The notes: generated from the sequence alone by a model not told the origin. 64,000 nt of DNA from Tubiluchus corallicola (GCA_030141605.1 JAQGDQ010000237.1:62001-126000); one strand, 5' to 3'; shown: positions 26,672-40,433, numbered from the stretch's first letter. Translations and numbers: made by a program.

Positions 26672-26871
26672 CGGAATTTTCTGCTTCGTTTGCCTTCTCT
26701 TTCTTCGCTCTCGACTCTTGAGAGCGCACGGGGTTGATGGTAGGAGTAGAAACATCACGGCGCGGAACTGCAGCGGGTCGAGGCTTGTGTGGACGCAGAA
26801 CAGGAGGTGGCGGAGGGCAACTTGTGTTCATGAATGGAGCCATGATAATTGGTGCGCCCATGTACGGAAGC
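26672..26871 (-). CDS. HELZ: HELZ exon 23 (Pro-rich)
   Basis: LPYMGAPIIMAPF...PPPPP...EAENS; GC-rich island, phases 2/1. Confidence 0.8.
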
Positions 26872-27274
26872 CTAATAAAAAAGAGGTGCTGGAAAATTAT
26901 TCAATAAATCACTTCACCGAGATCACATGACTATAATAATAATTCACAAGACTATTACATTACAATGATCTGATTTTTAGCTGTTCATTTACTTTCTATG
27001 GTCTTACTGCAAAAATCATTTAGTCTGCGATCTTCCTACTGGCTGTTAACTTGGCGCATTGCCAAGTGCCAACACAGCAGTAAATAGTTTGCTAGTAGAT
27101 TACAGCAGAAGGTGGCATTTTAAATTCTCTAACAATGGACATCTTATTACAAATGTTAATGGCTGCACTTTCATTGTTGGAACCAGGCAGAAATATTAGG
27201 CTCGGGTAATAAACAATGCGGGTAATTACTCGAGTACCCGATGGAAACACTAACATAAATAAATTCTTCTTACA

Positions 27275-27548
27275 GTTATGTCAATTTATTATGTCGGTTA
27301 CGTCAATTTGCTATGTCAGGTACGTCAATTTACTCTGTCGGTTACGTCAATTTACTATGTCGGGTACGTAAATTTACTCTGTCGGTTACGTCAATTTACT
27401 GTCGGATACGTCAATTTACTATGTCGGTTATGTCAGTTTACTATGTCGGTTACGTCAATTTACTATGTCGGGTACGTCAATTTACTATGTCGGTTATGTC
27501 AGTTTACTATGTCGGTTACGTCAGTTTACTATGTCAGTTATTATGTCA
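27275..27548. repeat. ~22-bp minisatellite, second locus
   Basis: TATGTCGGTTACGTCAATTTAC units. Confidence 0.88.
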
Positions 27549-27877
27549 CTCTTATTCTGAAAGTAACATTCAGAAAATGTAGTAAAGCTACATTAAAGTG
27601 AATGTTTCCTTAAATAAGAACTTTGAAAACTGATGGTCAAACCTCGAATTTTACTATTTGTTCAAAATTAAAATTGACTATTTTAATTAACTAAGCAAAT
27701 TCAACATTGTTATTATCAGACACATAACTAAATACTGGATACTTTAAGTGCACAACATTGTCCTGCTTTACATAAACTTAGTCAAAAATTCATGCTTTTT
27801 CTGGCAGAGCTAAAGTGCTTGAATTCCTTTTTCAAAACAAGTTTTCAAACATTTTAATATTAATACATAACACTTAC

Positions 27878-28005
27878 CTGGCCGGGTACACGTACGGTTG
27901 AACCGGAGCACTGGGAGCGAAAAGGGAACCCACACCATATTGTTGAAAAGCTGGATGAGTGTGGCGGGTAAACCACGGCGCTGAATACGGATAGTAGTGT
28001 TGACC
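27878..28005 (-). CDS. HELZ: HELZ exon 22
   Basis: GQHYYPYSAPWF...PYVYPAR; phases 0/2 fit neighbours; GTAAGT donor. Confidence 0.75.
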
Positions 28006-28058
28006 CTAAATAATATAGAACAATATTCAAGATATGAAGCAATACAAGAAATAGAAAG

Positions 28059-29628
28059 CTAGTATCATACATCAGGTACAAGTAACCAACAGATAAACAC
28101 ATCAGCACAACACCCACAATGCTTGGTTTAAAAGTAGTATCATACATCAGGTACAAGTAACCAACAGATAGACACATCAGCACAACACCCACAATGCTTG
28201 GTTTAAAAGTAGTATCATACATCAGGTACAAGTAGCCAACAGATAGACACATCAACACAACACCCACAATGCTTGGTTTAAAAGTAGTATCACACATCAG
28301 GTACAAGTAACCAACAGATAGATACATCAGCACAACACCCACAATGCTTGGTTTAATAGTAGTATCATACATCAGGTACAAGTAACCAACAGATAGACAC
28401 ATCAGCACAACACCCACAGTGCTTGGTTTCAAGTAGTATCATACATCAGGTACAAGTAACCAACAGATAGACACATCAGCACAACACCCACAATGCTTGG
28501 TTTAAAAGTAGTATCATACATCAGGTACAAGTAACCAACAGATAGACACATCAGCACAACACCCACAATGCTTGGTTTAAAAGTAGTATCATACATCAGG
28601 TACAAGTAGCCAACAGATAGACACATCAACACAACACCCACAATGCTTGGTTTAAAAGTAGTATCACACATCAGGTACAAGTAACCAACAGATAGATACA
28701 TCAGCACAACACCCACAATGCTTGGTTTAATAGTAGTATCATACATCAGGTACAAGTAGCCAACAGATAGACACATCAACACAACACCCACAATGCTTGG
28801 TTTAATAGTAGTATCATACATCAGGTACAAGTAGCCAACAGATAGACACATCAACACAACACCCACAATGCTTGGTTTAATAGTTGTATCATACATCAGG
28901 TACAAGTAGCCAACAGATAGACACATCAACACAACACCCACAATGCTTGGTTTAATAGTAGTATCATACATCAGGTACAAGTAACCAACAGATAGACACA
29001 TCAACACAACACCCACAATGCTTGGTTTAATAGTAGTATCATACATCAGGTACAAGTAACCAACAGATAGACACATCAGCACAACACCCACAATGCTTGG
29101 TTTAATAGTAGTATCATACATCAGGTACAAGTAACCAACAGATAGACACATCAGCACAACACCCACAATGCTTGGTTTAAAAGTAGTATCATACATCAGG
29201 TACAAGTAGTCAACAGATAGACACATCAACACAACACCCACAATGCTTGGTTTAATAGTAGTATCATACATCAGGTACAAGTAGCCAACAGATAGACACA
29301 TCAACACAACACCCACAATGCTTGGTTTAATAGTAGTATCATACATCAGGTACAAGTAACCAACAGATAGACACATCAACACAACACCCACAATGCTTGG
29401 TTTAATAGTAGTATCATACATCAGGTACAAGTAACCAACAGATAGACACATCAGCACAACACCCACAATGCTTGGTTTAATAGTAGTATCATACATCAGG
29501 TACAAGTAACCAACAGATAGATGCATCAGCACAACACCCACAGTGCATGGTTTAAAAGTAGTATCATACATCAGGTACAAATAGCTAACAGACAGACACA
29601 TTAGCACAACACTCACAGTGCATGGTTT
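28059..29628. repeat. 75-bp minisatellite, ~21 copies
   Basis: Sequence recurs every 300 bp (4 units); lies in HELZ intron 21. Confidence 0.95.
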
Positions 29629-30775
29629 CTGTCTGACTACATAAAACCAGTTGAATAAATTGTTAATGGGTCTACAGTCTTTAAACATTAGATATTTTAA
29701 CATGTTTCTGGGTTCAAACTTGGGTCATTACTTTGTTAACTCTGCTTAAACTGCAGTCATCAGACTGTGAATGTCATCTACAGTCTTCATTACCACTGCT
29801 AATCTATAGTACAGTAACTAGAGATGCTGTACATTGAAAAATTTAAACAGAAGATGACCTGAAGAAATTCCACTTCCTGACATGCCTAGCAGTTTCAAAA
29901 ATATGTAAGCAAACATACAACAACAATATACATAAATAGCAATAACAACATAAACAACATCACAGCCTTCCATCAGGAATTCTTTCATCCTGATTACTTA
30001 TAATAATTCTTCCTAATTCAGTTTTGATCAAGTCTGATCTCAAAATTTCAATAACTGTGGATTTATTTCATCATTTTCACGCTGTTCATTTCTTTCAACA
30101 AATCTGGTAGTCTCTGGTTTTCGTATTTCATTTGGCGATTTTTCTGAGCTGCAAATCGTCACACACACATGACATTATGAAGAAAAGCCTTAATCAGCAA
30201 ATGTGCTAATTAGATCTCTATTTCGACTTTCAACCCATCCATAAATATTGTAAACAAACCTACATAATGGCTATTAAGCTGTGATGAATTGCTATGCATC
30301 CAGAGCTACTTACATTCAATCTGAGTGCATCCAGCATTCAATAGCATCTACTATTTAATATGAATAGTTGTGGAAAGACTGGCACGCAACTCATTAATTA
30401 CATATATCTGGCATGAAAAACTGAATTGGCAGAGGTGTGTTAGCCACACAATGACTGAACCTTCCAGAATAAAGTATTCATGCACCCACCAGGATGGTCA
30501 GCCTGGCAATCGCCTACCTGTTCACTGAGTAGCCTCCGTATCAAGCTATGAATCAGAGTAGCTGCGGAACTATCTATTCCCTTCATCTACATGCAGCTAC
30601 AAAGCTTTTTTCCTTTAAAATGGAAGCTGACAAAGAAAGACACAAGACTGTTGTGATGCCACCAACAGCAAAACAAGAAACTTTCTAGCTAAGAGAAGTA
30701 TTACACTGATGGGAATTATTTATCACATTACAAATTATCAAAAATAATGAAATGTCTTCGTAGCAACAAACGTAC

Positions 30776-30971
30776 CTGCAGATAAGGGTTAATACGTATG
30801 TACGCTTCTCCGTGACGCAGTCTATTTGGGATAAATTCCGGAGCAAGAGGATTCAGAGTGTAGGTTTTCTTGAGTTCGACGCCATCTAGTTGTGCACGGA
30901 GGCTATTATACGATATGCCGTGCAAGCTCTTATGCTCATTACACTCATCAATGAAAAGACCCCACAGTTTC
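30776..30971 (-). CDS. HELZ: HELZ exon 21 (PAM2 motif)
   Basis: [10 protein letters not shown]...[15 protein letters not shown], a PABP-binding PAM2 motif right after the helicase core as in vertebrate HELZ. Confidence 0.93.
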
Positions 30972-31149
30972 CTAAAGACAGAAAAATATGCTATGTTGAC
31001 ATACTGTTTAGTATATACTACATCAGTAACTCAGCAGAATATGCTATGTTCACATACTGTTTAGTATATACTACATCAGTAACTCAGCAAAATTAATAAC
31101 TTTAATTGAGTAAGTGGGGCACAATATGGTCTATGGAAAGTCTGTTGAT

Positions 31150-31560
31150 CAATGGTGGCTCGTAGTTAAAATTAGTGGGGGTGCTGCATCAGAAAATTTT
31201 TACATATTTTGATATTTTGCAAAACAAAACAAACATATAAAAAGAAAATCTAATCAAAAAGAAACACTACCTTACACCTGCACAACAGGGTTGGCACTGC
31301 GTGAGTGACAGTGCTTTCTCTACCAAGCGTGCAGCTTCTTATCTCGGACAACGGTGAAGCACACAGTTCCATACAAGGATTTTTGTAATTCTTTTACGAA
31401 CTAGGGAATGCCCACTGACATTAAGCTTAAGGATTATATAATGTACAAGTAAAAAGAAAAAATTAAAGAAAAAAGACTGATTATATTGAATGTTATCGAT
31501 AACATCGAGTGAAATAGGGGGCGCTGCAGTTCCACAGAGCCTACACACGAGCCGCCACGG
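31150..31560. mobile_element. hAT-type MITE, family C copy 1
   Basis: CAATGGTGGCTCGT...ACGAGCCGCCACGG; degenerate 8-bp flanks CTGTTGAT/CTACTGAT. Confidence 0.65.
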
Positions 31561-32325
31561 CTACTGATAACAATGAAAATAGACCGTTATAAAATTTGTT
31601 CTGTGGTAAGCTACCAGCCAACTGGCCGAAATATCCCAATCTGCATTACTCTATTCAGTATTTATTTATACAGTAGAGCCACCTGGAAATATACTGCACG
31701 AATTTTGCGAAATCTGTACTGTCTAGTTTATATGATAACATAAATGAAAACATACAAGCTATATACTTTGATACTACATGTAGTTACAACAACTATTCTG
31801 CAAGAGGTGCAATATTGCCATGTCCTATTACGAGAATAGAACCGAAAGCATAAATTAAATGAAATAGTTAAACTGATACCAGACAATGTGAACCGACTAG
31901 AAAACAGAAAACTGTAATACCACCTAATTAACTGTGAGAAATGTGTGTAATCGGGCATAATTTTTTAGTCCATGATTAATAATAATAATTTATCTGTAGA
32001 GTGCATCACACCGGTTTTCATATTTACTATTAAATACACAGTCATAATAAATTAATCATTCTTAGAATCACAAACTTATATTAATTGTAAATGGTACTAA
32101 GCTTAAAAGATTTTAAAAGTCATCGTAAAATTGAAAAATGTACAAATAAAACTATGATTTATAATGTTGCCAAAAAACGTCTGCTTTTAGGTGTTTTTTA
32201 AAAGTTTGTAACATTGGTAGTTGACGCATAGATAATGATAAATGATTCCACAATCATGCAGCAGTAACTGCAAAAGCACGACGGCCATAAGTTTCTTGCT
32301 TACATCTGGGCATTTTAACCTAAAG

Positions 32326-32597
32326 ATCAGCAACTGCGTGTAGCTATGACTTGCAACACCCTCACGAGTAACACTATGCTGATCAGCAACTGCATAGCTA
32401 TGACTTGCAACATCCTCATGAGTAACACTATGCTGATCAGCAACTGCATAGCTATGACTTGCAACATCCTCATGAGTAACACTATGCTGATCAGCAACTG
32501 CATAGCTATGACTTGCAACATCCTCATGAGTAACACTATGCTGATCAGCAACTGTGTAGCTATGACTTGCAACATCCTCATGAGTAACACTATGCTG
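32326..32597. repeat. 54-bp tandem repeat x5
   Basis: GATCAGCAACTGCATAGCTATGACTTGCAACATCCTCATGAGTAACACTATGCT. Confidence 0.93.
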
Positions 32598-32638
32598 AAA
32601 TAAAAGATCAGACAGGTACGCCATTGTTTAAATCGTAC

Positions 32639-32828
32639 CTGCATTTTCCCACAGAGCAAAGCGAAACAGGATCACCGACAATAGCCACCAAGGATTGCGC
32701 ACGAGTGATAGCGGTGTTCAGTAGCTTAGCATTGGACAAGAATCCATAGTCACATTCATACTGGCTGTTTGAACGACACGTGTGCCTCGTTCGTACCGTG
32801 CTCAGAAATATTGCTCGAAACTGTTTAC
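32639..32828 (-). CDS. HELZ: HELZ exon 20 (motifs V/VI)
   Basis: [13 protein letters not shown]...[26 protein letters not shown]. Confidence 0.94.
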
Positions 32829-33381
32829 CTGAAGTTAGAAAAATCTATACACATGGAGAAAATTGCCACAACAATGACACACAAATTCTTGGTTGCCCTA
32901 TATCTCGGGTCATTTGTCCTACGCAAAAGTTTTGCAACAGACCTGCTTTATATTCACACAGTGCGCAGTGATTTTAGATCAAAACTGTTCGTATGCAAAA
33001 GTTTTGCAACAGACCTGCTTTATATTCACACAGTGTGCAGTGATTTTAGATCAAAACTGTTCGTATGCAAATCGTTGTAAGTTCTCTTTACTTTTCAAAA
33101 TTATGCAAAAGCTAAGCATAAATGCTTGCGATACTTTTGTTTATTTACGATTTTTGTCACAATTTGGCAAAGTTAAAAAAATATCATTTAAAGAAAGATG
33201 ATAATAGAAAGAAATTTCTCCAATAATTTGCCCATAAATTCTGAGGAAATCCTCCAACCCAGTTGTCTTTCTACATGATATAACTAACATAAAAAATGAT
33301 TTTCTTTAATCAAGTTCTCATTTTTATTGACTCAGAATTGAACAAATAATCAATAAATTATTTTTCTCAATGTAGTCTTAC

Positions 33382-33565
33382 CCTGCGCGTTCAGCACACG
33401 CTCAACGCTAACACCAAACATGCGACGTTTGCGTAGTTCCGCTCGGATCCGAAACACTTGGTCAGAGTACGGAGTGACCACGCCAATGCTGTTCTCGTCT
33501 TGTTTGCCCCAGGATTTAGGCCACATTTTCTGAAGCTCGCTTACTCTTTCAACAATCTCATAAAC
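33382..33565 (-). CDS. HELZ: HELZ exon 19
   Basis: VYEIVERV...[18 protein letters not shown]...ERVLNAQG. Confidence 0.93.
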
Positions 33566-33804
33566 CTGAAAGAAAATGGACAATTTGGAAAAATTCTCCT
33601 TGCCTTTCTCAGAGGGAACATCTCATTTCTAACTCACATTCAGATTTATTCTCTCTGACAGCAAACCCACAAGTGTGAACTGCTTTGCGAATTACTTGAA
33701 AACTCTCCGACAGTTGCTGCGAGTTGATTTCGTGCGAGTTACTGTCTAGTGTGAACGCCTGGGAAGTCACTTGGCGAGTTTCTTGCAGTGAATAGAGACT
33801 TGAG

Positions 33805-34046
33805 CAGTGGCGGCTCGTCATGGCAGCACCCCAGCACCCCCTATGGTCACTTAACATTATCGATAATATTCAATATAATGTCTTTTTTCTTTAGTTCTTT
33901 CTTTATACTTGTACAGAACCCGAGCATGTGAGGTAGTACTGTTTGCTTCACAGCCCAGCACAGGTGCGCTCCAGTAACGCAGTATTTGGCTGTTGTGCGC
34001 ATTCAGAAGCAGCACCCTCAACAATTTTAGCTACGAGCCGCCACTG
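33805..34046. mobile_element. hAT-type MITE, family C copy 2 (inverted)
   Basis: Perfect 14-bp TIR CAGTGGCGGCTCGT; flanks GACTTGAG/AAATTGAG. Confidence 0.75.
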
Positions 34047-34062
34047 AAATTGAGTATCAGCT

Positions 34063-35624
34063 CATGCTTACTGTCGGCCAGTAACTCACAACAAGCTTTG
34101 CACGCTAGTCTGAACGTGCTTACTGTTGGACAGTAACTCACAGCAAGTTTCGCACGCTAGCCTGAACGTGCTTACTGTTGGAGAGTAACTCACACCAAGT
34201 TTTGCATGCTAGTCTGAACGTGCTTACTGTTGGAGAGTAACTCACACCAAGCTTTGCATGCTAGTCTGAACGTGCTTACTGTTGGAGAGCAACTGACAGC
34301 AAGCTTTAGTCTGAATGTGCTTACTGTTGGATAGTAACTCACAGTAAGCTTTGCGCGCTAGTCTGAACGTGTTTACTGTTGGACAGTAACTCACAGCAAG
34401 CTTTGCGCGCTAGTCTGAACGTGCTTACTGTTGGACAGTAACTCGCAGCAAGCTTTGCGCGCTAGTCTGAACGTGCTTACTGTTGGACAGTAACTCGCAG
34501 CAAGCTTTACGCGCTAGTCTGAACGTGCTTACTGTTGGACAGTAACTCGCAGCAAGCTTTACGCGCTAGACTGAACGTGCTTACCGTTGGACAGTAAGTC
34601 GCAGCAAGCTTTGCGCGCTAGACTGAACGTGCTTACCGTTGGACAGTAACTCGCAGCAAGCTTTGCGCGCTAGACTGAACGTGCTTACCGTTGGACAGTA
34701 ACTCGCAGCAAGCTTTACGCGCTAGTCTAAACGTGCTTACCGTTGGACAGTAACTCGCAGCAAGCTTTACGCGCTAGTCTAAACGTGCTTACTGTTGGAC
34801 AGTAACTCGCAGCAAGCTTTGCGCGCTAGTCTGAACGTGCTTACTGTTGGACAGTAACTCGCAGCAAGCTTTGCGCGCTAGTCTGAACGTGCTTACTGTT
34901 GGACAGTAACTCGCAGCAAGCTTTGCGCGCTAGTCTGAACGTGCTTACTGTTGGACAGTAACTCGCAGCAAGCTTTGCGCGCTAGTCTGAACGTGCTTAC
35001 TGTTGGACAGTAACTCGCAGCAAGCTTTGCGCACTAGACTGAACGTGCTTACTGTTGGACAGTAACTCGCAACAAGCTTTGCGCGCTAGTCTGAACGTGC
35101 TTACTGTTGGACAGTAACTCGCAGCAAGCTTTGCGCGCTAGTCTGAACGTGCTTACTGTTGGACAGTAACTCGCAGCAAGCTTTACGCGCTAGTCTGAAC
35201 GTGCTTACTGTTGGTCAGTAACTCGCAGCAAGCTTTGTGCGCTAGACTGAACGTGCTTACTGTTAGACAGTAACTCGCAGCAGGCTTTACGCGCTAGTCT
35301 GAAAGTGCTTACTGTTGGTCAGTAACTCACAGCAGGCTTTACGCGCTAATCTGAAAGTGCTTACTGTTGGTCAGTAACTCACAGCAAGCTTTGTGCGCTA
35401 GTCTGAACGTGCTTACTGTCGGACAGTAACCCACAGCAAGCTTTGTGCGCTAGTCTGAACGTGCTTACTGTCGGACAGTAACCCACAGCAAGCTTTGTGC
35501 GCTAGTCTGAGTGTGCTTACTGTCGGACAGTAACCCACAGCAAGCTTTGCGCGCTAGTCTGAACGTGCTTACTGTTGGTCAGTAACTCACAGCAAGCTTT
35601 GCATGCTAGTCTGAACATGCTTAC
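34063..35624. repeat. 52-bp minisatellite, ~30 copies, with internal palindromes
   Basis: GTCTGAACGTGCTTACTGTTGGACAGTAACTCGCAGCAAGCTTTGCGCGCTA. Confidence 0.95.
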
Positions 35625-36231
35625 GAGTTACTTGGCTAGAAAACTCGCTAGTCTGAAAGCACTGTAAGAATCATCACAGCAGCAATACAACAATTGACAA
35701 CAGTGGACAAAGAAAAACATAAAGGAATTACACACATGCACAGTTTTTGAATGCGCAGTTTGATAAATTAATAATGAACTTTTTAAAACACTGACATTTA
35801 TAACATTTCTGACAAAAGGAAAAATAAATGAATTAATTGTATACAAGTTGCAAAGTTATATAACCTGTAGTTTAACATATTTTACTAAATCACAACAATA
35901 AAATACTTGATGCATTATTTTAGTTTATTAAAAAACTTTAACCCTCCATTAAGTATTAATACATTATGAAACTAATTTTCATAAAAATAATCTAAAGTAA
36001 AAACTTATGTTAAAAATAGCAAAAATCATCAGCTACAGTTTACTAATATTTTCCCAAAGAATAGCAGTGTATCTGATTACAAACAAAAACTAAAAGTACT
36101 GCAGTATTAACCTGTAGACTAACCCGAAATTTGCTGGTGAAAGAGATAAACCTGTGACATACAGCCTATTTCTTTTTAGTTTTAACACTATAACACTTTT
36201 GGTATATAGTCAGAAACTCAAAATATGTTAC

Positions 36232-36400
36232 CTCGGCATTGTTATAGTACGTTGTACTGTTCTGATCTTGCACATCCTCTCCCATTGCACAGAAAAACGT
36301 CAGCGGATAAAACACCTCGTGTCTGGAAATCTTACCACTTGCCTGCAACTTGTTGTCGTAAAACTGCTGGGAAGTGTACTGGATGATGGCATCATGAGAC
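36232..36400 (-). CDS. HELZ: HELZ exon 18
   Basis: [18 protein letters not shown]...YYNNAE. Confidence 0.93.
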
Positions 36401-36549
36401 CTAAACAACAGTAAATATGCAGACGTCATCATGGTCAACATTAGCTGTTGTAGCAACAGCAGCAGCAGCAGCAGCAAGAACAGTGGCATCAATATTATCA
36501 GTTCTTATTCGAGGCAAAATTAGTGTGTAATTTTGCAGTGTTGCTTTAA

Positions 36550-37097
36550 AGGAAGACCGGACGATTGTCTAGTCTCAATCTCATTTTAATTTACTGTCCA
36601 AAATATACATTTTCTTGCCTAAAAAAAGTTAACAATTGTTCCTTATATTTGAATAATTAGCTTAGGAAGTTAATTAACAACAGCCGAACACAGCTATTGC
36701 TTACGTCAGAAACTAACCACAGTTTGTGCAATGGCAGACGTCTTCCCTTGCGCAACAAGCACATTTGCATAAGTGTTACAGTACTGCTTAAATGCGTGAT
36801 GTCACAAAAAATGGGCTTTGCATCATATGACATCAGAAACTAACACTGGAGTTCATGATCATGGTTATCACGGTACCGCCTTCTATTTGGCGGCCACGGG
36901 AATTTGACAATAAGACCGTTGCCAATCTTAGTAAATTCACTGAGCCGTGAGTAGCTTAGAAAGTTTAACGAAATTTGAGTATCCAAGGTAATTATTATTT
37001 AATCTAAGCTTTGATTTCAAAAAATCTATTGTAGTTTTCAATACTTTAGCGCATTGTTTATTCTGAACCAATGTTTACACAATCATCCGGTTTTCTT
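36550..37097. mobile_element. TTAA-flanked (Kolobok-like) MITE, family D copy 1
   Basis: TTAA|AGGAAGACCGGACGA...TCATCCGGTTTTCTT|TTAA; homologous to 57587-58124. Confidence 0.75.
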
Positions 37098-37698
37098 TTA
37101 AATAACAATGGAAGTATTATCAGGTTTGTAAGAGGTTGTATATGCGATTTTTGTTGAATACAAAGTTGCAAACTGGTGGACCCTGTCACTATGGCCTTCT
37201 TATTTGTTTTAACCAAACTGATTTATTCTTTGAACTGTGAAGGAAGAGCAAAACTTCAAAACTAATGCAAGTTTCCCAACAAAGTGTTACCGGGTAGATA
37301 GAATTAGAAAGCTTAGTTGTAGCTTATAAGTACGAAAATTGTTACAGTTTCAGCACTAATAAATTGCATTATTTTTTACTACTTTGTCGTGCATTTAGAA
37401 TCAAGCCCATAATGGATGACCTCTGCACACATCAATTGAAAAACTTAAAATGGTGTTTGACCATCAAATGACTTTGCTCTACGATTTTCAACTTTCGAAC
37501 AAAACAAGTTATACTCATTCGGGTTTCATTTTCCTTTAGTTGACTAGGCAGTTTCAACGGCTAAAACTTTAGAACTTGCGAGAATAAAAACGTCCTGCGG
37601 GTAGGACTAACCGCATGATTAGGCGGAGCAGCAAAAATAATCATTAATTGCTGTTTAAAATCACTAGCTCAACAGTATTGAAAGTAAACAATACGTAC

Positions 37699-37823
37699 CT
37701 GTAGTTTTCACAGAGCAATATTTTACAAGGATGAACGTAGGGATAGTGATCGTACAAACGTTCCACCAACGAGATGTGAAAACCTCTTTCTTTGGCAAAT
37801 TCCGAATGAACTTCTGGACACAA
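37699..37823 (-). CDS. HELZ: HELZ exon 17
   Basis: [28 protein letters not shown]...ILLCENYR. Confidence 0.93.
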
Positions 37824-38425
37824 CTAAAAAGCAAAAATTCGAATGTGACTAACTGTGGCTTCTTTCGTACGTATATGTTGTGCTGTTTCTTTCATCTTTC
37901 CACAGTTTTGTTTTCAGAATTACAATCAAGTGAGCAATTCACATCTAGCTAAATTTTTAGAAAACATGAAGATGCTTTCACGTTTACTACAACAAAACCT
38001 TCTCAAGTGATTTTTATTTACCATAACTGATCTTAAATTACAACGCACGAAATTTAAAAATGCATTGTCTTAGGCGCATGCATTTAGTTTATCCACAAAA
38101 ACAAGAGTACCTCAATTATTTGTAAACAAAATTCAAGATTGTGTCAGTTAAGGTCAAACAACATGTAATTGTTGAATTCCTGAAACAAAACTGTCTAAAA
38201 AAAGAGGAAATGCAAATCATCGAGACTAAGACTGAATTTGAGCGATGAATCCTTGGATCAGAAATCTCACTATCCAGTGGTCTGCACTTGTAATCCAAAG
38301 GCTGCAGGTTCAATTCCTCATAGTTTTAAAAATGTTTACATTTCCTCATTGACGGACAAATTTAGCTCCAAAAATTTATCGAATACGGAATTCATTCAAC
38401 AAGTGCAGCTTATTGTACACAATAC

Positions 38426-38544
38426 CTGCATATGATCACCGGCAAGTATTATCCGCGTTGCCGGTCCAGCAAGAGAAAGCGGCATAACTGTTTCACATTC
38501 TAAAGCCTGGGCAGCTTCGTCTAGCATTATGTGTGAAAATGTAG
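38426..38544 (-). CDS. HELZ: HELZ exon 16 (Walker B, motif III)
   Basis: [16 protein letters not shown]...[10 protein letters not shown]. Confidence 0.95.
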
Positions 38545-39041
38545 CTAAAAAACAAAAGTTCCACATACAGTTTGCTATACTTGCACTAGAATTATAAATA
38601 ATTCTCAAAAGCTTATCAATAAAGAGAAGTAAATGAACACTAAGAGAATACAACACAGATGCCTTTATACTGTAGGAGTAAAAATAATTTGTTGTATTGG
38701 TTGTGTGTAGCTGATTATTGGTGTTTTAGGAATGGCAAAACTATGAAGAGTCTGATTATAAAACGACACGTTTATTAAACATCAAACACAATAGATATAA
38801 CAGATAGTATTCGGAAAAAGCACCTGATCTTAGCCTCTCTGCTCCGGCTCCCAGATTCAGTCTAATTCCCTGAGCTGGGCGCATCGCACGGCTTATATAT
38901 CGTGCGCGGAGCCCCGACACCTCAATTCTGAATCACTTACTGACGTGACACCACTCCTTAACTGGCTTCATACTAGCATTCATCAACATAATTATCTATC
39001 ATAATCTAATGCTTTTAACATAAGTTAACAGGTTCTCTTTA

Positions 39042-39911
39042 CTGTAGGTACCGTTCATTAGACTCAAAGTTAATAGAATCAGTCGCCTAATTTACTCGGC
39101 TAAAAATCGTCTGGAATGCTGATATTCAAATGTATATGTGACTGACTCAAATAACTCCACATAACTGATTCAAGATTTTTCTTCACACACTTACAATAAG
39201 ACATTAGTGTGTGACCAAAGAGTTTGTATTACTTTTATGTGATCTTCACGTCGATTTTGTGCACTATAACATGCGCAGAAACAGTCATTTTAGGAACAGC
39301 TTTGTTTGCAAGCAGGTACAGTACGTTTATCATATGAATTGCATTAATATGTTAGCCTAGTGGTTTTGCTTTGAATCTGTTACCCGCTTGTCCACTGCAT
39401 TTAACCTCGTTTTTATGGAAGCTAAACATTGAGTCACTTGCCCAGTGGATTGCTTTTCAAGCTGCTGCTGCTGTCCACAAGGTCATCACATACTGCAGCT
39501 CAAGCACTAGGTGACTAGATGTTTTGCATGAATATATGCAGCACACAGCAATAGGTTTTCAACGTGTTTAACACTATGAGAATTTAATAAACCAATTTCT
39601 TCGTGAAGAAATGAAGCAAATGACCATTCATGAATTTTTGTAATTTTTAATGGTAGTAATCAAATACGTGCGATTTTTCATAATAATTCACTTATGTAAA
39701 TTAGTATTCTTAAATAATTACACATAGGAACTTTGACATTAATTCATTTCTAAAATTCATTCAAAGCCTCTGCAGTGCATACTAAGGTCATGAGTCATGA
39801 CCCCTACTTCGATAGCAGTAATACACTACACCCATTGGCTAATTGACTCAGTCGGTTAATTGGGTCAAAACACTTCCATCCCAAAGTGATTCTATTAAGC
39901 AGTGCCTACTG
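39042..39911. mobile_element. Tigger-like MITE, family B copy 3
   Basis: Homologous along its length to 19520-20336; ends GTGCCTACTG|TA. Confidence 0.8.
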
Positions 39912-39976
39912 TAGTAAAAACAACTATTTAAATAATGCTTATTTAGCAGGTAAATCAAAGGATGTGCAATGTAACC

Positions 39977-40422
39977 GCAATTTAACTGAAACCTGCAATT
40001 CACTTTTAGCACAGTAAATGAATACTAACATTAGACATGGAAAGTAAATTAGTAGCAATTTAACTGAAACCTGCAATTCACTTTTAGCACAGTAATAACA
40101 ACAAACAAAAAAAAAGCAATTTAACTGAAACCTGCAATTCACTTTTAGCACAGTAAATGAATACTAACATTAGACATGGAAAGTAAATTAGTAGCAATTT
40201 AACTGAAACCTGCAATTCACTTTTAGCACAGTAATTGAATACTAACATTAGACATGGAAAGTAAATTAGTAGCAATTTAACTGAAACCTGCAATTCACTT
40301 TTAGCACAGTAAATGAATACTAACATTAGACATGGAAAGTAAATTAGTAGCAATTTAACTGAAACCTGCAATTCACTTTTAGCACGGTAAATGAATACTA
40401 ACATTAGACATGGAAAGTAAAT
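39977..40422. repeat. 78-bp tandem repeat, ~5.5 copies
   Basis: GCAATTTAACTGAAACCTGCAATTCACTTTTAGCACAG... units ending ~12 nt from the exon 15 donor. Confidence 0.92.
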
Positions 40423-40433
40423 ACATGACATAC

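Noticed and set aside
29960-30150. Possible extra HELZ exon in intron 21 with a TTTGCAG acceptor
   Set aside because: Stops in all three frames before a good donor, and exons 21 and 22 already join in phase.
34063-35624. CRISPR-like palindromic repeats (also considered for 1571-2302 and 28059-29628)
   Set aside because: No unique spacers, no cas genes, eukaryotic context.
38255-38320. tRNA-like segment with GGTTCAATTCC B-box (similar relics near 25240-25315 and 41475-41530)
   Set aside because: No complete cloverleaf; more likely decayed tRNA-derived SINE heads.
38722-39020. Possible solo LTR (TG...CA with minus-strand TATA and AATAAA); similar segment at ~7654-8110
   Set aside because: No matching TSD and no partner LTR or internal sequence in the window.
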